Of a DNA stretch of 64,000 nt, positions 1-10,263 are shown piece after piece (the stretch's first letter is position 1; each line of letters begins with the position of its first letter). The stretch is from Acidimicrobiia bacterium. Its GTDB lineage: Bacteria; Acidobacteriota; Vicinamibacteria; Vicinamibacterales; UBA2999. The translations under genes were made by a program, and so were the position numbers. The notes under the pieces are model-generated. The model ran no database searches. It was given only the letters and a program-made list of their open reading frames with translations, and was not told where the DNA came from. The stretch is taken from positions 162,998-226,997 of the forward strand of contig VFZG01000001.1 in assembly GCA_016871275.1 (NCBI GenBank). Direction: 5' to 3'.

Positions 1-824
1 TGCTCGCTCATCGACTGTTTGTCGAGAATACGGATGACGGCGTCCTCGCCGTGCACGCTCGGCATCACCGACACGCGGAAGTCGATGGTCTTACCCGGGA
101 CCCGCAGCCGGAAGCGGCCATCCTGCGGGACACGCTTTTCGGCGATGTCGAGCTCCGCCATGACCTTGATGCGCGACAGGATCGAACTGTGGAATCGCTT
201 AGCGATCGGCCGCATCGCCGGCTGCAGCACGCCGTCAATGCGATACTTCACATACACCGCGTCGTCCTGCGTCTCGATGTGAATATCGCTGGCCCGCCGC
301 TGGATCGCGGTGTAGATCGTCGAGTCGACCAGCCGAATGATCGGGCTGCTGTCGCCGGTCAGCTTCTCGACCGTGAGGTTGTCGTCGCTGACTTCCTCTT
401 CCTTGAGGACCTGGATCTGGAATTCTTCGGTGGCTTCGTCGAGGACGCGCTGCGAGCTTTCGCTCTTCTTCAGCATCCCCTCGATCGCCGAGCGGACCCC
501 GACCACCACCGTGACGCGCGTCCCGAGCACCACCGACAGCTCGTCGATCATCGGCAGGTCGGTGGGATCCGACACGACGATCACCAGCGAGTCGCCGTCA
601 CGGCGGTACGGTACGAAGCCGTAACGCAGCATCAAGTCGGCGGGGATCGTCCGGAACAATTCCTGGTCGATCCGGAACTCGTGCATGTCGAGGAAGTCGA
701 GCCGGTAGCGTTCGGCGAGCCGACGGGCCGCCGCTTCCTCGGCGCTGCGCTGTTCTGCCGTGACCTCGGACGGCTCTTCGATCAGGGCGTCGGGGTCGAG
801 CGTGCCCTCAGGTGTCACGTTCAT
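1..824 (-). CDS. pilB: Type IV pilus/T2SS assembly ATPase PilB/GspE, N-terminal part (runs off window start)
   Basis: Manual translation from ATG at 824 (TGATG overlap with the pilC stop): MNVTPEG...ARRLAERYRLDFLD...RIKVMAELDIAEKRVPQDGRF...IDFRVSVMPSVHGEDAVIRILD, typical of GspE/PilB. Absent from the ORF track because there is no stop in the window. Confidence 0.9.
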   Translation of the reverse strand, partial: MNVTPEGTLDPDALIEEPSEVTAEQRSAEEAAARRLAERYRLDFLDMHEFRIDQELFRTIPADLMLRYGFVPYRRDGDSLVIVVSDPTDLPMIDELSVVLGTRVTVVVGVRSAIEGMLKKSESSQRVLDEATEEFQIQVLKEEEVSDDNLTVEKLTGDSSPIIRLVDSTIYTAIQRRASDIHIETQDDAVYVKYRIDGVLQPAMRPIAKRFHSSILSRIKVMAELDIAEKRVPQDGRFRLRVPGKTIDFRVSVMPSVHGEDAVIRILDKQSMSE

Positions 825-2035
825 CACTGATTTCCAATCACCGCGGTCAGTTGGAACAACGGCAGATACAGCGCCAGCACGATGCCGGCAATCACCACGC
901 CCATGAAGACCAGCATCGCCGGCTCGATCAGCGCCACGAAGCGCGCCACCTCGGTGTCAATTTCCTCGTCGTAGAAATCCGCCAGGCTGTTGAGCATTTC
1001 CGTCAGCCCGCCCGTGGACTCGCCGACTTCAATCATCTTGATGGCGACGTCGGGCACGGTCTTGCGCTCGAGCAGCGTGCTGGCAAAGCCCTGGCCCTCG
1101 CGCACGCGCACCGCGACAATCTCCAGCTCCTGCCCCATGTAACGGTTGCCGGTGGAGCGGGCCGCGATCTCCAGCGCATTCACCAGCGGAATGCCGCCGC
1201 CGAGCAAGGTGGCCAGCGTGCGTGCCATCTGCGACGTCGTGAACTTGTGCACGCTCGCGCCGATCACCGGCAGCCGCAGCACCAGGCGATCGAACTGCGC
1301 GCCGCGGCCCGGCTGCTTGCGCCAGACATAGCCGCCGACCAGCCCGGCCCCGATCGCGCCGAGGATGAGGTAGAAGTTCGCGCGGACCACGTCCGAAATC
1401 GCGACGATGATCCGCGTCGACAGTGGTAATTGGGAGCCGAAACTGCTGTAGAAATCGGCGAAGGTCGGTACGACCTTGATCACGATGATGCTGACCAGGA
1501 CGACCGACAGCAGCACCAGAATGACCGGGTAGATCATCGCGGAGATGGTCTTGGAGCGAACGGTGTCGATCGTCTTGGAATAGGCGACGAAGCGGCGCAG
1601 CACGGCGTCGAGGTTGCCCGACCGCTCGCCGGCCATCAGCGAGGCGGTATAGACGCTGGGAAACAGGTCGTTGTGCGCGCTGAAGGCGTCGGACAGCGCC
1701 GTGCCGCTGCGCACCTTTTCGTGCACGTCGTCCAACACCGATTTGAAGACCGGGTTGCTCAGCCGGGACCGGAGAATGTCCAGGGACTGGACCAGCAGCA
1801 TGCCCGCTTTGAGCAGCGTCGCCAACTCCTGGTTGAAGACGAGAAACTCGTGGCGGCTGACCTTGCGGCGCTGGCCGCCGACGCTCACCCAGGCGAGCCC
1901 GAGCCGCGGCTTGAGTGACAGGACGTGCAGGCCCTTGTCCTCCAGCTCGCGCCGAAGGGCGGCTTCGCTTTGGGCGACGTAATTGCCCTCGATGACCTCA
2001 CCCGACGTGGTGCCGAGGCGGCAGCGGAACTCCAT
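824..2035 (-). CDS. pilC: Type IV pilus/T2SS inner-membrane platform protein PilC/GspF
   Basis: Two GspF repeats (FNQELATLLKAG...AGERSGNL...YP; MARTLATLLGGGIPLVNAL...VGESTGGL...LIEP...LYLPLF); coupled to pilB. Confidence 0.93.
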   Translation of the reverse strand: MEFRCRLGTTSGEVIEGNYVAQSEAALRRELEDKGLHVLSLKPRLGLAWVSVGGQRRKVSRHEFLVFNQELATLLKAGMLLVQSLDILRSRLSNPVFKSVLDDVHEKVRSGTALSDAFSAHNDLFPSVYTASLMAGERSGNLDAVLRRFVAYSKTIDTVRSKTISAMIYPVILVLLSVVLVSIIVIKVVPTFADFYSSFGSQLPLSTRIIVAISDVVRANFYLILGAIGAGLVGGYVWRKQPGRGAQFDRLVLRLPVIGASVHKFTTSQMARTLATLLGGGIPLVNALEIAARSTGNRYMGQELEIVAVRVREGQGFASTLLERKTVPDVAIKMIEVGESTGGLTEMLNSLADFYDEEIDTEVARFVALIEPAMLVFMGVVIAGIVLALYLPLFQLTAVIGNQ

Positions 2036-2172
2036 CCCTAAAAGATTGACTCACAGGGGATTATACGATTTGGCCGGCAGAAGTGGGAAGTGAGGGGTGA
2101 GGGGTGAGAAGAAGTCCTTCTGCCCTCTCACTTCTCACTTTTCAGTTCCCTTTGGACGCCCGCCGGCCGGCG

Positions 2173-2883
2173 CTAGTTGGCGGAGACCGAGCCGACCTTG
2201 CGGAGGATGCTCCGGACGTAGTTCTGGGTCTCGGGGTACGGCGGCAGGCCCCCGTAGCGCTTGATGGTGCCCGCTCCAGCGTTGTAGGCGGCCAGGGCCG
2301 TGGGAAGGTCGAGCCGGCTCATCAGATATTTCAGGTGCCGGATGCCGGCCTCAAGATTCGACTTCGGATCGTACGAGTTGCTGACGCCGTAGTGACGTGC
2401 GGTCGCCGGCATGAGCTGCATCAGGCCCTTCGCACCCTTCTTCGAACGGGCGCGCGGCTGGTAGTTTGACTCCTGCTCGATCACGGCGTGCACGAGCCGC
2501 ACGTCCATGTGGTGAGCGGCGGCAACCGATGAGATGAGCGCGGCAAACGGACGCGCCGCCAGCGCGGCATCGGAAATCCGCAAGCCGGTATCCGGGAGCG
2601 GGATGCGTCGCGCTGACTCGCCCTCGGCACCATCGGCTTGCGGAGCCGGCACGGACGCCGGCTCGGGATACGGCACTTCGTCGGGATCGACTCTCACGAT
2701 GATCGACGCCGGGAAGGTCACCTCCCCGCCCTCCCGCATCCGCACCACCGCGTTCTCACCGTGAACCACGTACGATTTCACCGACATCGTACGGCCGTTC
2801 TTGAAGACGACGATGTCGGCCCTCGCGTCGGAGGCGGCCACCACGAGGGCGGCGCACGCGAACGCGAGAGTGCTGGTCCGCAT
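2173..2883 (-). CDS. Exported soluble lytic transglycosylase (SLT domain)
   Basis: Signal peptide; SLT motifs IEQES, GAKGLMQLMP, ALAAYNAG, YPETQNYV. Confidence 0.9.
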   Translation of the reverse strand: MRTSTLAFACAALVVAASDARADIVVFKNGRTMSVKSYVVHGENAVVRMREGGEVTFPASIIVRVDPDEVPYPEPASVPAPQADGAEGESARRIPLPDTGLRISDAALAARPFAALISSVAAAHHMDVRLVHAVIEQESNYQPRARSKKGAKGLMQLMPATARHYGVSNSYDPKSNLEAGIRHLKYLMSRLDLPTALAAYNAGAGTIKRYGGLPPYPETQNYVRSILRKVGSVSAN

Positions 2884-2885
2884 GG

Positions 2886-3785
2886 CTATTGAATGAATAC
2901 GTGGAAGAAGCGGGCACCCAGCTCGCGGGGATCGCCGCTCTTCATCGACTGATCGAGCGCGGGCACGAAGGACTTGTCCACGGTGAACTTCAGCTCCACC
3001 ATGTCCGCGGTGCCCAGCTGCGCCGCCGTGATCGGATACTTCAGCACGGGCGGATTGCCGATGCTCGCGCTCAGGGGAATCGTGGCGAGCACCTGCTCAC
3101 CCGACATGACGGCTACCTGCTGAGCGGCGCTCGGGCCCGTGGCCGGATTGTCCGCCTGCACGACCAATGTCACGTCGCGTCTGGGATTGCGGAACGCGAT
3201 GGTGGCATCTTTCTTGGTCCACTGCCATTCGGTGCGGGAGGAGTTCTCGGTCACGACTTCCGCCGGGTGCCAGCCGTCCTTGAAAATCACGAAGATGTTC
3301 TCCGTCTGCGGCAGGAGCTCGAAGTCCACGACCTTGTACGAGCGATCGCCGCGGTCTTCGTTGGAGAACTTGACGCGCTCGTTGGTAGAGGGCGCATACA
3401 TCCCCGCCGCGACCTTGGCCGCGCCGACGTACGGATAAATCGGAATGAACATCGGCCGGGTGTATTCGACGACTTCGCCCGGCTTCCAGTCGGCTGTGGG
3501 CTTGGGGGGGTCGTGATCGTCGTTCCACATCATCTCTTCATCGGCATCCAGGAAGTGCACGAACACCTTGCGCTGGCCGAGGTTGGGCGCGCTTTGATCG
3601 AGCTGGAACCGGTAGGTGACATCGACGGGGCTGCCGAGCGCGACCTTCGGGCGCGACAGCGTTACCTGCATGGACGCGACGGGAGGCGTGGTGTCTTCCG
3701 CCTCGCCACAGCCGGCCAGTGTCACGGTCAGGCCCGCCAGTGCACAGGCCGCCACAAATCCTCTCGAAATCACTCTCCGTTGCAT
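2886..3785 (-). CDS. Lipoprotein of unknown function with beta-sandwich domains resembling periplasmic domains of GT-C glycosyltransferases
   Basis: Start re-assigned to MQRRVISRG (ATG 3785); lipobox LAGC; VFVHFLD..DDH.P...WKPGE and GWH.AE...WQWT motifs; 2 nt from the SLT gene. Confidence 0.7.
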   Translation of the reverse strand: MQRRVISRGFVAACALAGLTVTLAGCGEAEDTTPPVASMQVTLSRPKVALGSPVDVTYRFQLDQSAPNLGQRKVFVHFLDADEEMMWNDDHDPPKPTADWKPGEVVEYTRPMFIPIYPYVGAAKVAAGMYAPSTNERVKFSNEDRGDRSYKVVDFELLPQTENIFVIFKDGWHPAEVVTENSSRTEWQWTKKDATIAFRNPRRDVTLVVQADNPATGPSAAQQVAVMSGEQVLATIPLSASIGNPPVLKYPITAAQLGTADMVELKFTVDKSFVPALDQSMKSGDPRELGARFFHVFIQ

Positions 3786-3819
3786 AGGGTGACGAACAAG
3801 AATATCATGCAGACCGCCC

Positions 3820-4101
3820 ATGGACACAGTGCGCGACGCGTTAGGCATGGTTGAGACGAAGGGCTTCATCGGCTCGGTAGAGGCGGCTGATGCCATGGTC
3901 AAGGCCGCAAATGTGCTGCTGGTCGGCACCGAGTACATCGGGGCCGGATTGGTGACCGTGCTGGTGCGCGGCGACGTGGGCGCCGTGAAGGCGTCCACCG
4001 ACGCCGGCGCCGCGGCCGCCCGGCGAGTGGGCGAGCTCGTCTCGGTGCACGTCATCCCTCGACCGCACGCCGAAGTGGAACGGATTCTTCCCAAGGCGTG
4101 A
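3820..4101 (+). CDS. Bacterial microcompartment hexameric shell protein (BMC-H, EutM/PduA/CcmK family)
   Basis: ALGMVETKG...[12 protein letters not shown]...[15 protein letters not shown]...VHVIPRPH is the canonical BMC domain. Confidence 0.95.
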   Translation: MDTVRDALGMVETKGFIGSVEAADAMVKAANVLLVGTEYIGAGLVTVLVRGDVGAVKASTDAGAAAARRVGELVSVHVIPRPHAEVERILPKA

Positions 4102-4143
4102 TGTATGGCTGCCGCAGCCTTCGCGTAGGCGGGAGGCCCTGAG

Positions 4144-5892
4144 TTGGCCAACCTAGCCGCCACCTCCCCGCAATCCGACAAAGACCTCGCCTCGATTGCC
4201 GAGGCGCGCCTCCTGGCTCGACGGGCCAAGGCGGCGCAGGCGCTGCTGGCCGAATTCTCGCAGGCGCAGGTTGACGCGATCGTCGATGCCATGGCCGCCG
4301 CCGTCACACCGCACGCAGAAGCGCTGGCGCGGCTTGCCGTCGAGGAGACCGGCTTCGGCGTGGTGTCCGACAAGATCCAGAAAAACCTGTTCGGGTCGAA
4401 GCAGGTCTACGAATTCATTCGGCCGATGAAGACGGTCGGCGTGATCAACCGCATCGAGGATCGCAAGATCATCGAAATCGCCGAGCCCTTCGGCGTGGTC
4501 GCGGCGATCATTCCGTCCACCAACCCGACATCGACCGCAATCTACAAGATTCTCATCTCGATCAAGTCGCGCTGCGCGGTCGTGATGACGCCGCACCCGT
4601 CAGCGGCGCGGTGCATCATGCGCACCGCCGACATCATGTACGAGGCCGGCCGCACCGCCGGTTTGCCGGATGGCGCGATCGGTTGGATGACCACCGTGAC
4701 GCTCGAAGGCACCCAGGAGCTGATGAAGGCGCGCGAAGTGTCGGTGATCCTCGCCACCGGCGGCATGGGCCTCGTGCGCGCCGCCTACAGTGCCGGGAAG
4801 CCGGCCTATGGCGTCGGCCCGGGTAACGCGCCGTGCTACATCGAGTCCAGCGCCGACGTCCGCAAGGCCGCAAACGACATCCTGATCGGCAAGTCCTTCG
4901 ATAACGGCGTGCTGTGTTCGGCGCCGAACTCGGTCGTCGTCGACCAGGCCATCGATGCCGACGCCCGCCGGCAGTTCATCGATCAGGGCGGCTACTTCCT
5001 CTCTGCCACCGAGGCGGACACGCTGGCGAAGCACCTGGTGACGCCGCAACGGCTGCCGAACCCGGCCCTGGTCGGCAAATCGGCTGCCTACATCGCCACG
5101 CAGATCGGCATGACCGTTCCACCGGGCACGCGTGCGCTGATCGCCGAGCTGAACGGCGTGGGACGCGACTTTCCGCTGTCGATCGAAAAGCTCTGCCCGG
5201 TGCTCTCGTATTACGTCGTCAAGGACTGGCGCGAAGGCTGCGAGCGCTGCAAGCAGATTCTCCGCTACGGGGGCATGGGCCACACCATGTCGATTCACTC
5301 GCAGAACGACGCGGTGATCCTGGAGTTCGGCCTCCACAAGCCGGCGTACCGCATTTGCGTCAACACGCCGAGCACACTCGGCGCCATCGGATTCACGACC
5401 GGACTGGAGCCGGCCATGACCCTGGGATGCGGCGGCTTTGGCGGCAACATCACGTCCGACAACATCTCGCCAAAGCACTTGCTCAACATCAAGCGGGTGG
5501 CCTACGAGATACGGCCGGTTCCACGGGTCCCGGAGCGTCCCAACGTTCCAAAGGCATCGTTTGAACTGGCAGACCCAACGCTTCCGGTGGCTGTGGCGCT
5601 GCCAAAGGCTCCGGTGAAACCCCAGCCGGATGGCATCACGGCGGATAGCCTTACGCACCGAATCGACCAGTTCTTGTCGACCCGCGGACTGGCGCCGGCG
5701 TCTCCGGCCCGACCAGCCGCACCAGCCGAATCCGCCCAGCCAGAGAAATTCGTCTGTGAAGAAGACGTGCGCCTGGCCGTGAAAGACGGCCGAAAACTGC
5801 TCATCGGCGAGAAAACGATCGTGACCCCGGCCGCGCGAGACGCCGGAGACGCAGCAAAGGTCTTCGAATACGCGGGCTGGCTGCAGCCGTAA
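4144..5892 (+). CDS. CoA-acylating aldehyde dehydrogenase (EutE/PduP/AdhE-N type) with C-terminal extension
   Basis: [34 protein letters not shown], catalytic FDNGVLC, EKLCP, TLGCG; directly downstream of BMC-H. Confidence 0.9.
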   Translation: MANLAATSPQSDKDLASIAEARLLARRAKAAQALLAEFSQAQVDAIVDAMAAAVTPHAEALARLAVEETGFGVVSDKIQKNLFGSKQVYEFIRPMKTVGVINRIEDRKIIEIAEPFGVVAAIIPSTNPTSTAIYKILISIKSRCAVVMTPHPSAARCIMRTADIMYEAGRTAGLPDGAIGWMTTVTLEGTQELMKAREVSVILATGGMGLVRAAYSAGKPAYGVGPGNAPCYIESSADVRKAANDILIGKSFDNGVLCSAPNSVVVDQAIDADARRQFIDQGGYFLSATEADTLAKHLVTPQRLPNPALVGKSAAYIATQIGMTVPPGTRALIAELNGVGRDFPLSIEKLCPVLSYYVVKDWREGCERCKQILRYGGMGHTMSIHSQNDAVILEFGLHKPAYRICVNTPSTLGAIGFTTGLEPAMTLGCGGFGGNITSDNISPKHLLNIKRVAYEIRPVPRVPERPNVPKASFELADPTLPVAVALPKAPVKPQPDGITADSLTHRIDQFLSTRGLAPASPARPAAPAESAQPEKFVCEEDVRLAVKDGRKLLIGEKTIVTPAARDAGDAAKVFEYAGWLQP

Positions 5893-5991
5893 ACACCTGA
5901 GCCATAACAGGTTGACCACGAAAACGACGGCGTGCTACCCTGCCTGCGGTTTCTTGGCCGGCGCAAAGACAACCTGGACCCATAGGTATAA

Positions 5992-7713
5992 ATGCCCAGC
6001 AAGATCTACCTCCACCTTCTGCCGGCGATTACCGCCGTCGCGATTGCGGGATGCGTGTCGCGTCCGGCGACCCAAGCGGTCACGATCGTCCCGCAGACAC
6101 CCGCACCAGTTGCAGCACCTGCACCAGTTCCTGAACCTGCTCCCGACCCCGTTGCCATCCTGATTGCCACGTCGGACCGCCACTTCGAGGCGGGTCAGCA
6201 TGAATTGGCGCTCGGCCATCTCGAGCGCGCAAAGACCGAGTTCGATCGATCGCTCGATACGCTGCTCAAATCGACAGACGGCGCGCGGGGGAACGCTCGG
6301 CTGCGCGAGCACTTCGAGCGGCTGGTCGATCGAATCAGCGTCCTCGAACAGGCGGCCCTGAGGACCGGCGACGGATTCTCGGAGACCAGGTCCGAGCCTG
6401 CGGCCATCGACGCGCTGCTGGCGATCGAGACGATTGAATCAACGACCCCCAAGCTGGCGACGGCCGAGACCGTCCAGGCCGACCTCGAAGCCACGGCGCA
6501 CGACATTCCGATCCCAACCAACGATCGCGTGCTGCGATACGTGGAGCTCTTTCAGGGGCGCCTGCGTGAATTCCTGGCCGAGGGTCTGTCGCGGGGCGCG
6601 CAGTATCTGCCGATGATTCAGGCCACCTTCCGCGCCGAAGGCCTGCCGCTGGATCTGGCCTACATCCCGCTGATCGAGAGCGCCTTCAAGCCAACCGCGC
6701 TCTCGAGGGCCAAGGCTCGCGGCGTGTGGCAGTTCATGCGCGGCACCGCGCTCGAAAACGGCTTGACGGCGGATTGGTACGTCGATGAGCGGGCCGATCC
6801 GGTGAAGGCCACGCAGGCCGCCGCGCGGTACCTGAAGACGCTGCACGGCATGTTCGAAGAGTGGCACCTCGCCATGGCGTCGTACAACGGTGGGCACGGA
6901 CGCGTCAAGCGGGCTATGACGCGGAGCCGGAAGAACGATTTCTGGTCGTTGACGGCGACGACGCGGTACTTGCCTCGCGAAACCCGCGAATACGTGCCGA
7001 TGATCCTGGCGGCCATCATCATCGCGAAGAACCCGGACCAGTACGGCTTCGATATCGTGCCGATGACCGCACCGGCCACGGAGACCGTGGTCGTGCCACC
7101 GGCGCTCGACCTGCGCCGCGTCGCCGAGTGGGCCAGCGTGCCGATGGACGACATCCAGACGCTCAATCCCGAGTTCCGCCGCTGGACCACGCCGATCAAG
7201 GCCGGCGAATACACCATCAAGGTGCCGCTCGGCACCGGCGACAAGGTCCGTGAAGGCCTGGCCGCTGCCGGCCCATCGCAGCTCAACGCCATGCAGACGC
7301 ATACCGTCAAGCGCGGCGAGACCCTGACCACGATCGCGCGCAAGCTGCGGGTCAGCCGCGCCGACCTGGCCGAAGCCAACTACTTGAAGGTGACGTCACG
7401 AGTGACCGCCGGAACCAGGTTGATCATTCCCCGCATGCCGTCCGCCGCCCTGCTGGCGCGCGCGACGGCCGGCGAGTTGGAGAACACGGCCGAGGCGATT
7501 GCCACAGACCTCTTGAAGGACACGACGGCGGTCGACCAGGCGCCGGCGGCCCGGCGCACGTATCAGGTCAGGCGTGGCGACACGCTCTCGGCGATTGCGC
7601 GGAAGACCGGCACGACCATCGCGCAGTTGACCGACTGGAACAAGCTGACGACGACCACCCTGAAGATCGGGACGCGGCTGCTGATCCAGTCGCCGCGCTC
7701 CGCCAATCAGTAG
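5992..7713 (+). CDS. MltD-like lytic transglycosylase lipoprotein with two LysM domains
   Basis: Lipobox IAGC; LIESAF, GVWQFM, ASYNGG, LPRETREYVP; LysM HTVKRGETL and YQVRRGDTLSAIA. Confidence 0.9.
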   Translation: MPSKIYLHLLPAITAVAIAGCVSRPATQAVTIVPQTPAPVAAPAPVPEPAPDPVAILIATSDRHFEAGQHELALGHLERAKTEFDRSLDTLLKSTDGARGNARLREHFERLVDRISVLEQAALRTGDGFSETRSEPAAIDALLAIETIESTTPKLATAETVQADLEATAHDIPIPTNDRVLRYVELFQGRLREFLAEGLSRGAQYLPMIQATFRAEGLPLDLAYIPLIESAFKPTALSRAKARGVWQFMRGTALENGLTADWYVDERADPVKATQAAARYLKTLHGMFEEWHLAMASYNGGHGRVKRAMTRSRKNDFWSLTATTRYLPRETREYVPMILAAIIIAKNPDQYGFDIVPMTAPATETVVVPPALDLRRVAEWASVPMDDIQTLNPEFRRWTTPIKAGEYTIKVPLGTGDKVREGLAAAGPSQLNAMQTHTVKRGETLTTIARKLRVSRADLAEANYLKVTSRVTAGTRLIIPRMPSAALLARATAGELENTAEAIATDLLKDTTAVDQAPAARRTYQVRRGDTLSAIARKTGTTIAQLTDWNKLTTTTLKIGTRLLIQSPRSANQ

Positions 7714-7762
7714 CCGGCAGCCGGTAGCCACTGGCGACTGCTTTCTGGCTGCTGGCTACTTT

Positions 7763-8480
7763 TCACGCACTGGCGATCTTGCCGCCGCCGCTGCTGGCGC
7801 GCAGCGACTTGATGCCCTGTTCGATGCGCTCGGCCACTTCCCGCTCCCGCTGCAGCGCGCGCAACGTGTTCTGCGCCTCCTGCACCATGAAGTCGAGCCG
7901 GGCGATCTTCTCGCCCACGTGATCGACCACCGCCCGCCGCTCGCCCACCATCTCGAGGTTGATGTTGATGTCGTCGAGCAGCTTGGCAATGGCGTTGGCG
8001 TGCGTCGATGGCCGCAATCTTGACGTCGGTGTCATTGACGCGGCCGAGCAGGTCTTCCATCTTGGCCCGCAGATCGGCGACCTCGGAAGGGTGATTGGTC
8101 ACGAACTGCAGGTCGGCCTTGCTGCGGCTGCTGTCTTGTAAATGCTCTCGACTTCGGCCGCCAGCTCGCCCGGGCGGGTCGCCGCCCTGGTGCCGTCGTC
8201 GACAGCGGCCATCTTGCTGAGCACCGCCTCCATCTTGGATTCGAGCTCCAGGGTGCGGCTGAGCAGCGCTGTGGCGCGTTTGCCGAGCGACGTGCGATCG
8301 GCCGAGAGCTTGTCGCGCAGCTGCGCCGCCTCGGCGTGCGATGTGTGCAACTCGGCGATCTCCGAACGGAGCCGCTTCGAGATCCTGCCGCCGCTGCTTC
8401 ATGAAGTCGTGCGGCGCCTGCGTTTGCCGGCCGAGCTCATCGACCTGCGGCAGTCGCAGAAACTGCGCGTCCAATCGCAT
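7763..8480 (-). pseudogene. Frameshifted C-terminal remnant of a long coiled-coil protein
   Basis: Helical, coding-like segments continue across about three frame changes (..FMKQRRQDLE / EIAELHTSHAE..ESIYK / SRSKADLQFV..AIDAR / HANAIAKLLDD..KIASA*); no intact start. Confidence 0.6.
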
Positions 8481-8553
8481 CGGCGGCGCGCAGAATCTGC
8501 GAGGCGCGCCAACCCCTTTGTATCGAACCGGCCAGAATCTGCCTGAAGCCTCC

Positions 8554-8569
8554 GGGCAGCCCGATTGCA
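8554..8569 (+). promoter_or_regulatory. Putative sigma54 (-24/-12) promoter of comM
   Basis: GGGCAG-CCCGA-TTGCA vs consensus TGGCAC-N5-TTGCW; predicted +1 falls at about the ATG (8581). Confidence 0.55.
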
Positions 8570-8580
8570 CCGGCCTGCTC

Positions 8581-10113
8581 ATGCTGGCAACGATTGAAAG
8601 CGCGACCGTCATTGGCGTGGAGGCCTACCGGGTGCACGTCGAGATCGACGTGAGCCGCGGCTTCCCGCACTTTCAGCTGGTGGGCCTCCCCGACGTGAGC
8701 ATCAAGGAGAGCCGCGACCGCGTGCGGGCGGCCGTGCTGAACTCCGGGTTCGAGTTCCCGGTGGCGCGGATCACCATCAACCTGGCGCCCGGCGACGTGC
8801 GCAAGGCCGGCCCCGCCTTCGATCTGCCGATCGCCATCGGCCTGCTCCGTGCCTGGGGCATCGTCACGCGCGCGGACTTCACGGGCATCGTGCATGTCGG
8901 CGAACTGTCGCTCGACGGATCGATTCAACCCGCGCGCGGCGTGCTGCCGATTGCCGCCGAGGCCCGACGCAACGGCGCCCGGGCGCTGCTGCTGCCCCAC
9001 GACAACCTCGCCGAAGCCGCCGTTGTCACGGGCTTACGGCTGCTGCCGGTCAAGACCCTCACAGAAGCGATCGAGCGGCTGAATCAGCGTGACGACGAGT
9101 GGCCCTGCATCGCTTCGCCTGATCATCGTGCACTCTTGCGGCCCGACGCCCCGGCATCCTCGCACGTCGACCTGGCGGACCTGCACGGCCAGGCCTTCGC
9201 GCGCCGGGCGCTGGAAGTGGCCGCCGCGGGCGGGCATAACCTGCTGATGATTGGACCGCCTGGCGCCGGCAAGACCATGCTGGCGCGGCGCCTCGCAGGC
9301 ATTCTGCCGCCGTTGTCGTTCGAAGAATCGATCGAGGCCACGACGATTCATTCGGTGGCCGGCCAGCTCAGGCCGGGTGTCGGCCTGCTCACCGAGCGAC
9401 CGTTCCGCGCGCCGCACCACACCATCTCGGATGTCGCCCTCGTCGGAGGCGGCAGCACGCCGCGGCCGGGTGAAGTGAGCCTGGCGCATCACGGGGTGCT
9501 CTTCCTCGATGAGATGCCGGAATTCGACCGGCGCGTGCTCGAAGCGCTGCGGCAGCCGATCGAAGAAGGCCGGATCACCGTGTCTCGTGCGTTACGCTCG
9601 GTGGCCTTCCCGGCCCGCTTCGTGCTCGTCGCGGCGATGAACCCCTGCAAGTGTGGATTCTTTGGGGACAAGCGGCGCGCCTGTCGATGTACGCCTCAAG
9701 AGGTCGCGCGCTATCACAATCGCTTGTCGGGGCCGCTCCGCGATCGACTGGATCTCGTCGTCGAAGTGGAAGCGGTCCCGATCACCGAGATGACGGAAGG
9801 CACGGCTGGCGAGCCGTCGGCAGCGGTGCGGGCTCGGGTCCTCGCGGCACGCGAGCGCCAATCCGCGCGCTCGATCTGCGCCCGCGTCAACGCGACGCTC
9901 ACCGGTCCGGAACTGAAGAAGGTGGCGCCACTGGATCAGGCGGGCCGCCGGCTACTCGAACGCTCAGCCGATCGCCTGCATCTCTCCGCGCGCGCATTTC
10001 ACCGCGTCATCCGCGTCGCGCGCACGATTGCCGACCTGGCCCACGCCGACGCGGTGACCACCGAACATCTGGGAGAAGCCCTGCAGTATCGATTCGTGGA
10101 GACCGCATCATGA
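8581..10113 (+). CDS. comM: YifB/ComM family Mg-chelatase-like AAA+ ATPase (competence helicase ComM)
   Basis: Start MLATIESATVIG; ESRDRVRAA, ITINLAPGD, Walker A GPPGAGKT, RPFRAPHH, GEVSLAHHGVLFLDE, AMNPC.CG, LSGPLRDRLD. Confidence 0.9.
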   Translation: MLATIESATVIGVEAYRVHVEIDVSRGFPHFQLVGLPDVSIKESRDRVRAAVLNSGFEFPVARITINLAPGDVRKAGPAFDLPIAIGLLRAWGIVTRADFTGIVHVGELSLDGSIQPARGVLPIAAEARRNGARALLLPHDNLAEAAVVTGLRLLPVKTLTEAIERLNQRDDEWPCIASPDHRALLRPDAPASSHVDLADLHGQAFARRALEVAAAGGHNLLMIGPPGAGKTMLARRLAGILPPLSFEESIEATTIHSVAGQLRPGVGLLTERPFRAPHHTISDVALVGGGSTPRPGEVSLAHHGVLFLDEMPEFDRRVLEALRQPIEEGRITVSRALRSVAFPARFVLVAAMNPCKCGFFGDKRRACRCTPQEVARYHNRLSGPLRDRLDLVVEVEAVPITEMTEGTAGEPSAAVRARVLAARERQSARSICARVNATLTGPELKKVAPLDQAGRRLLERSADRLHLSARAFHRVIRVARTIADLAHADAVTTEHLGEALQYRFVETAS

Positions 10114-10263
10114 TCAGCGACATCCCAGCCGCGCCGGATTTCGGTGCAACGAATCAATATGGCCAGCTGGGGCCGCGATTCGTAATTCTTCTGTAATACC
10201 GGCGATCATAAGGCGAACATCTGCACACCTCGACACTTTTGGGTTTGGCGAGATCCCGGCCGC

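Noticed and set aside
3786-4373. Long N-terminal extensions in the ORF track (also 19870-20502, 46819-47658, 60520-61290, 8341-8580), suggesting fusions
   Set aside because: They overlap real genes or pseudogenes on the opposite strand; recognisable N-termini begin downstream.
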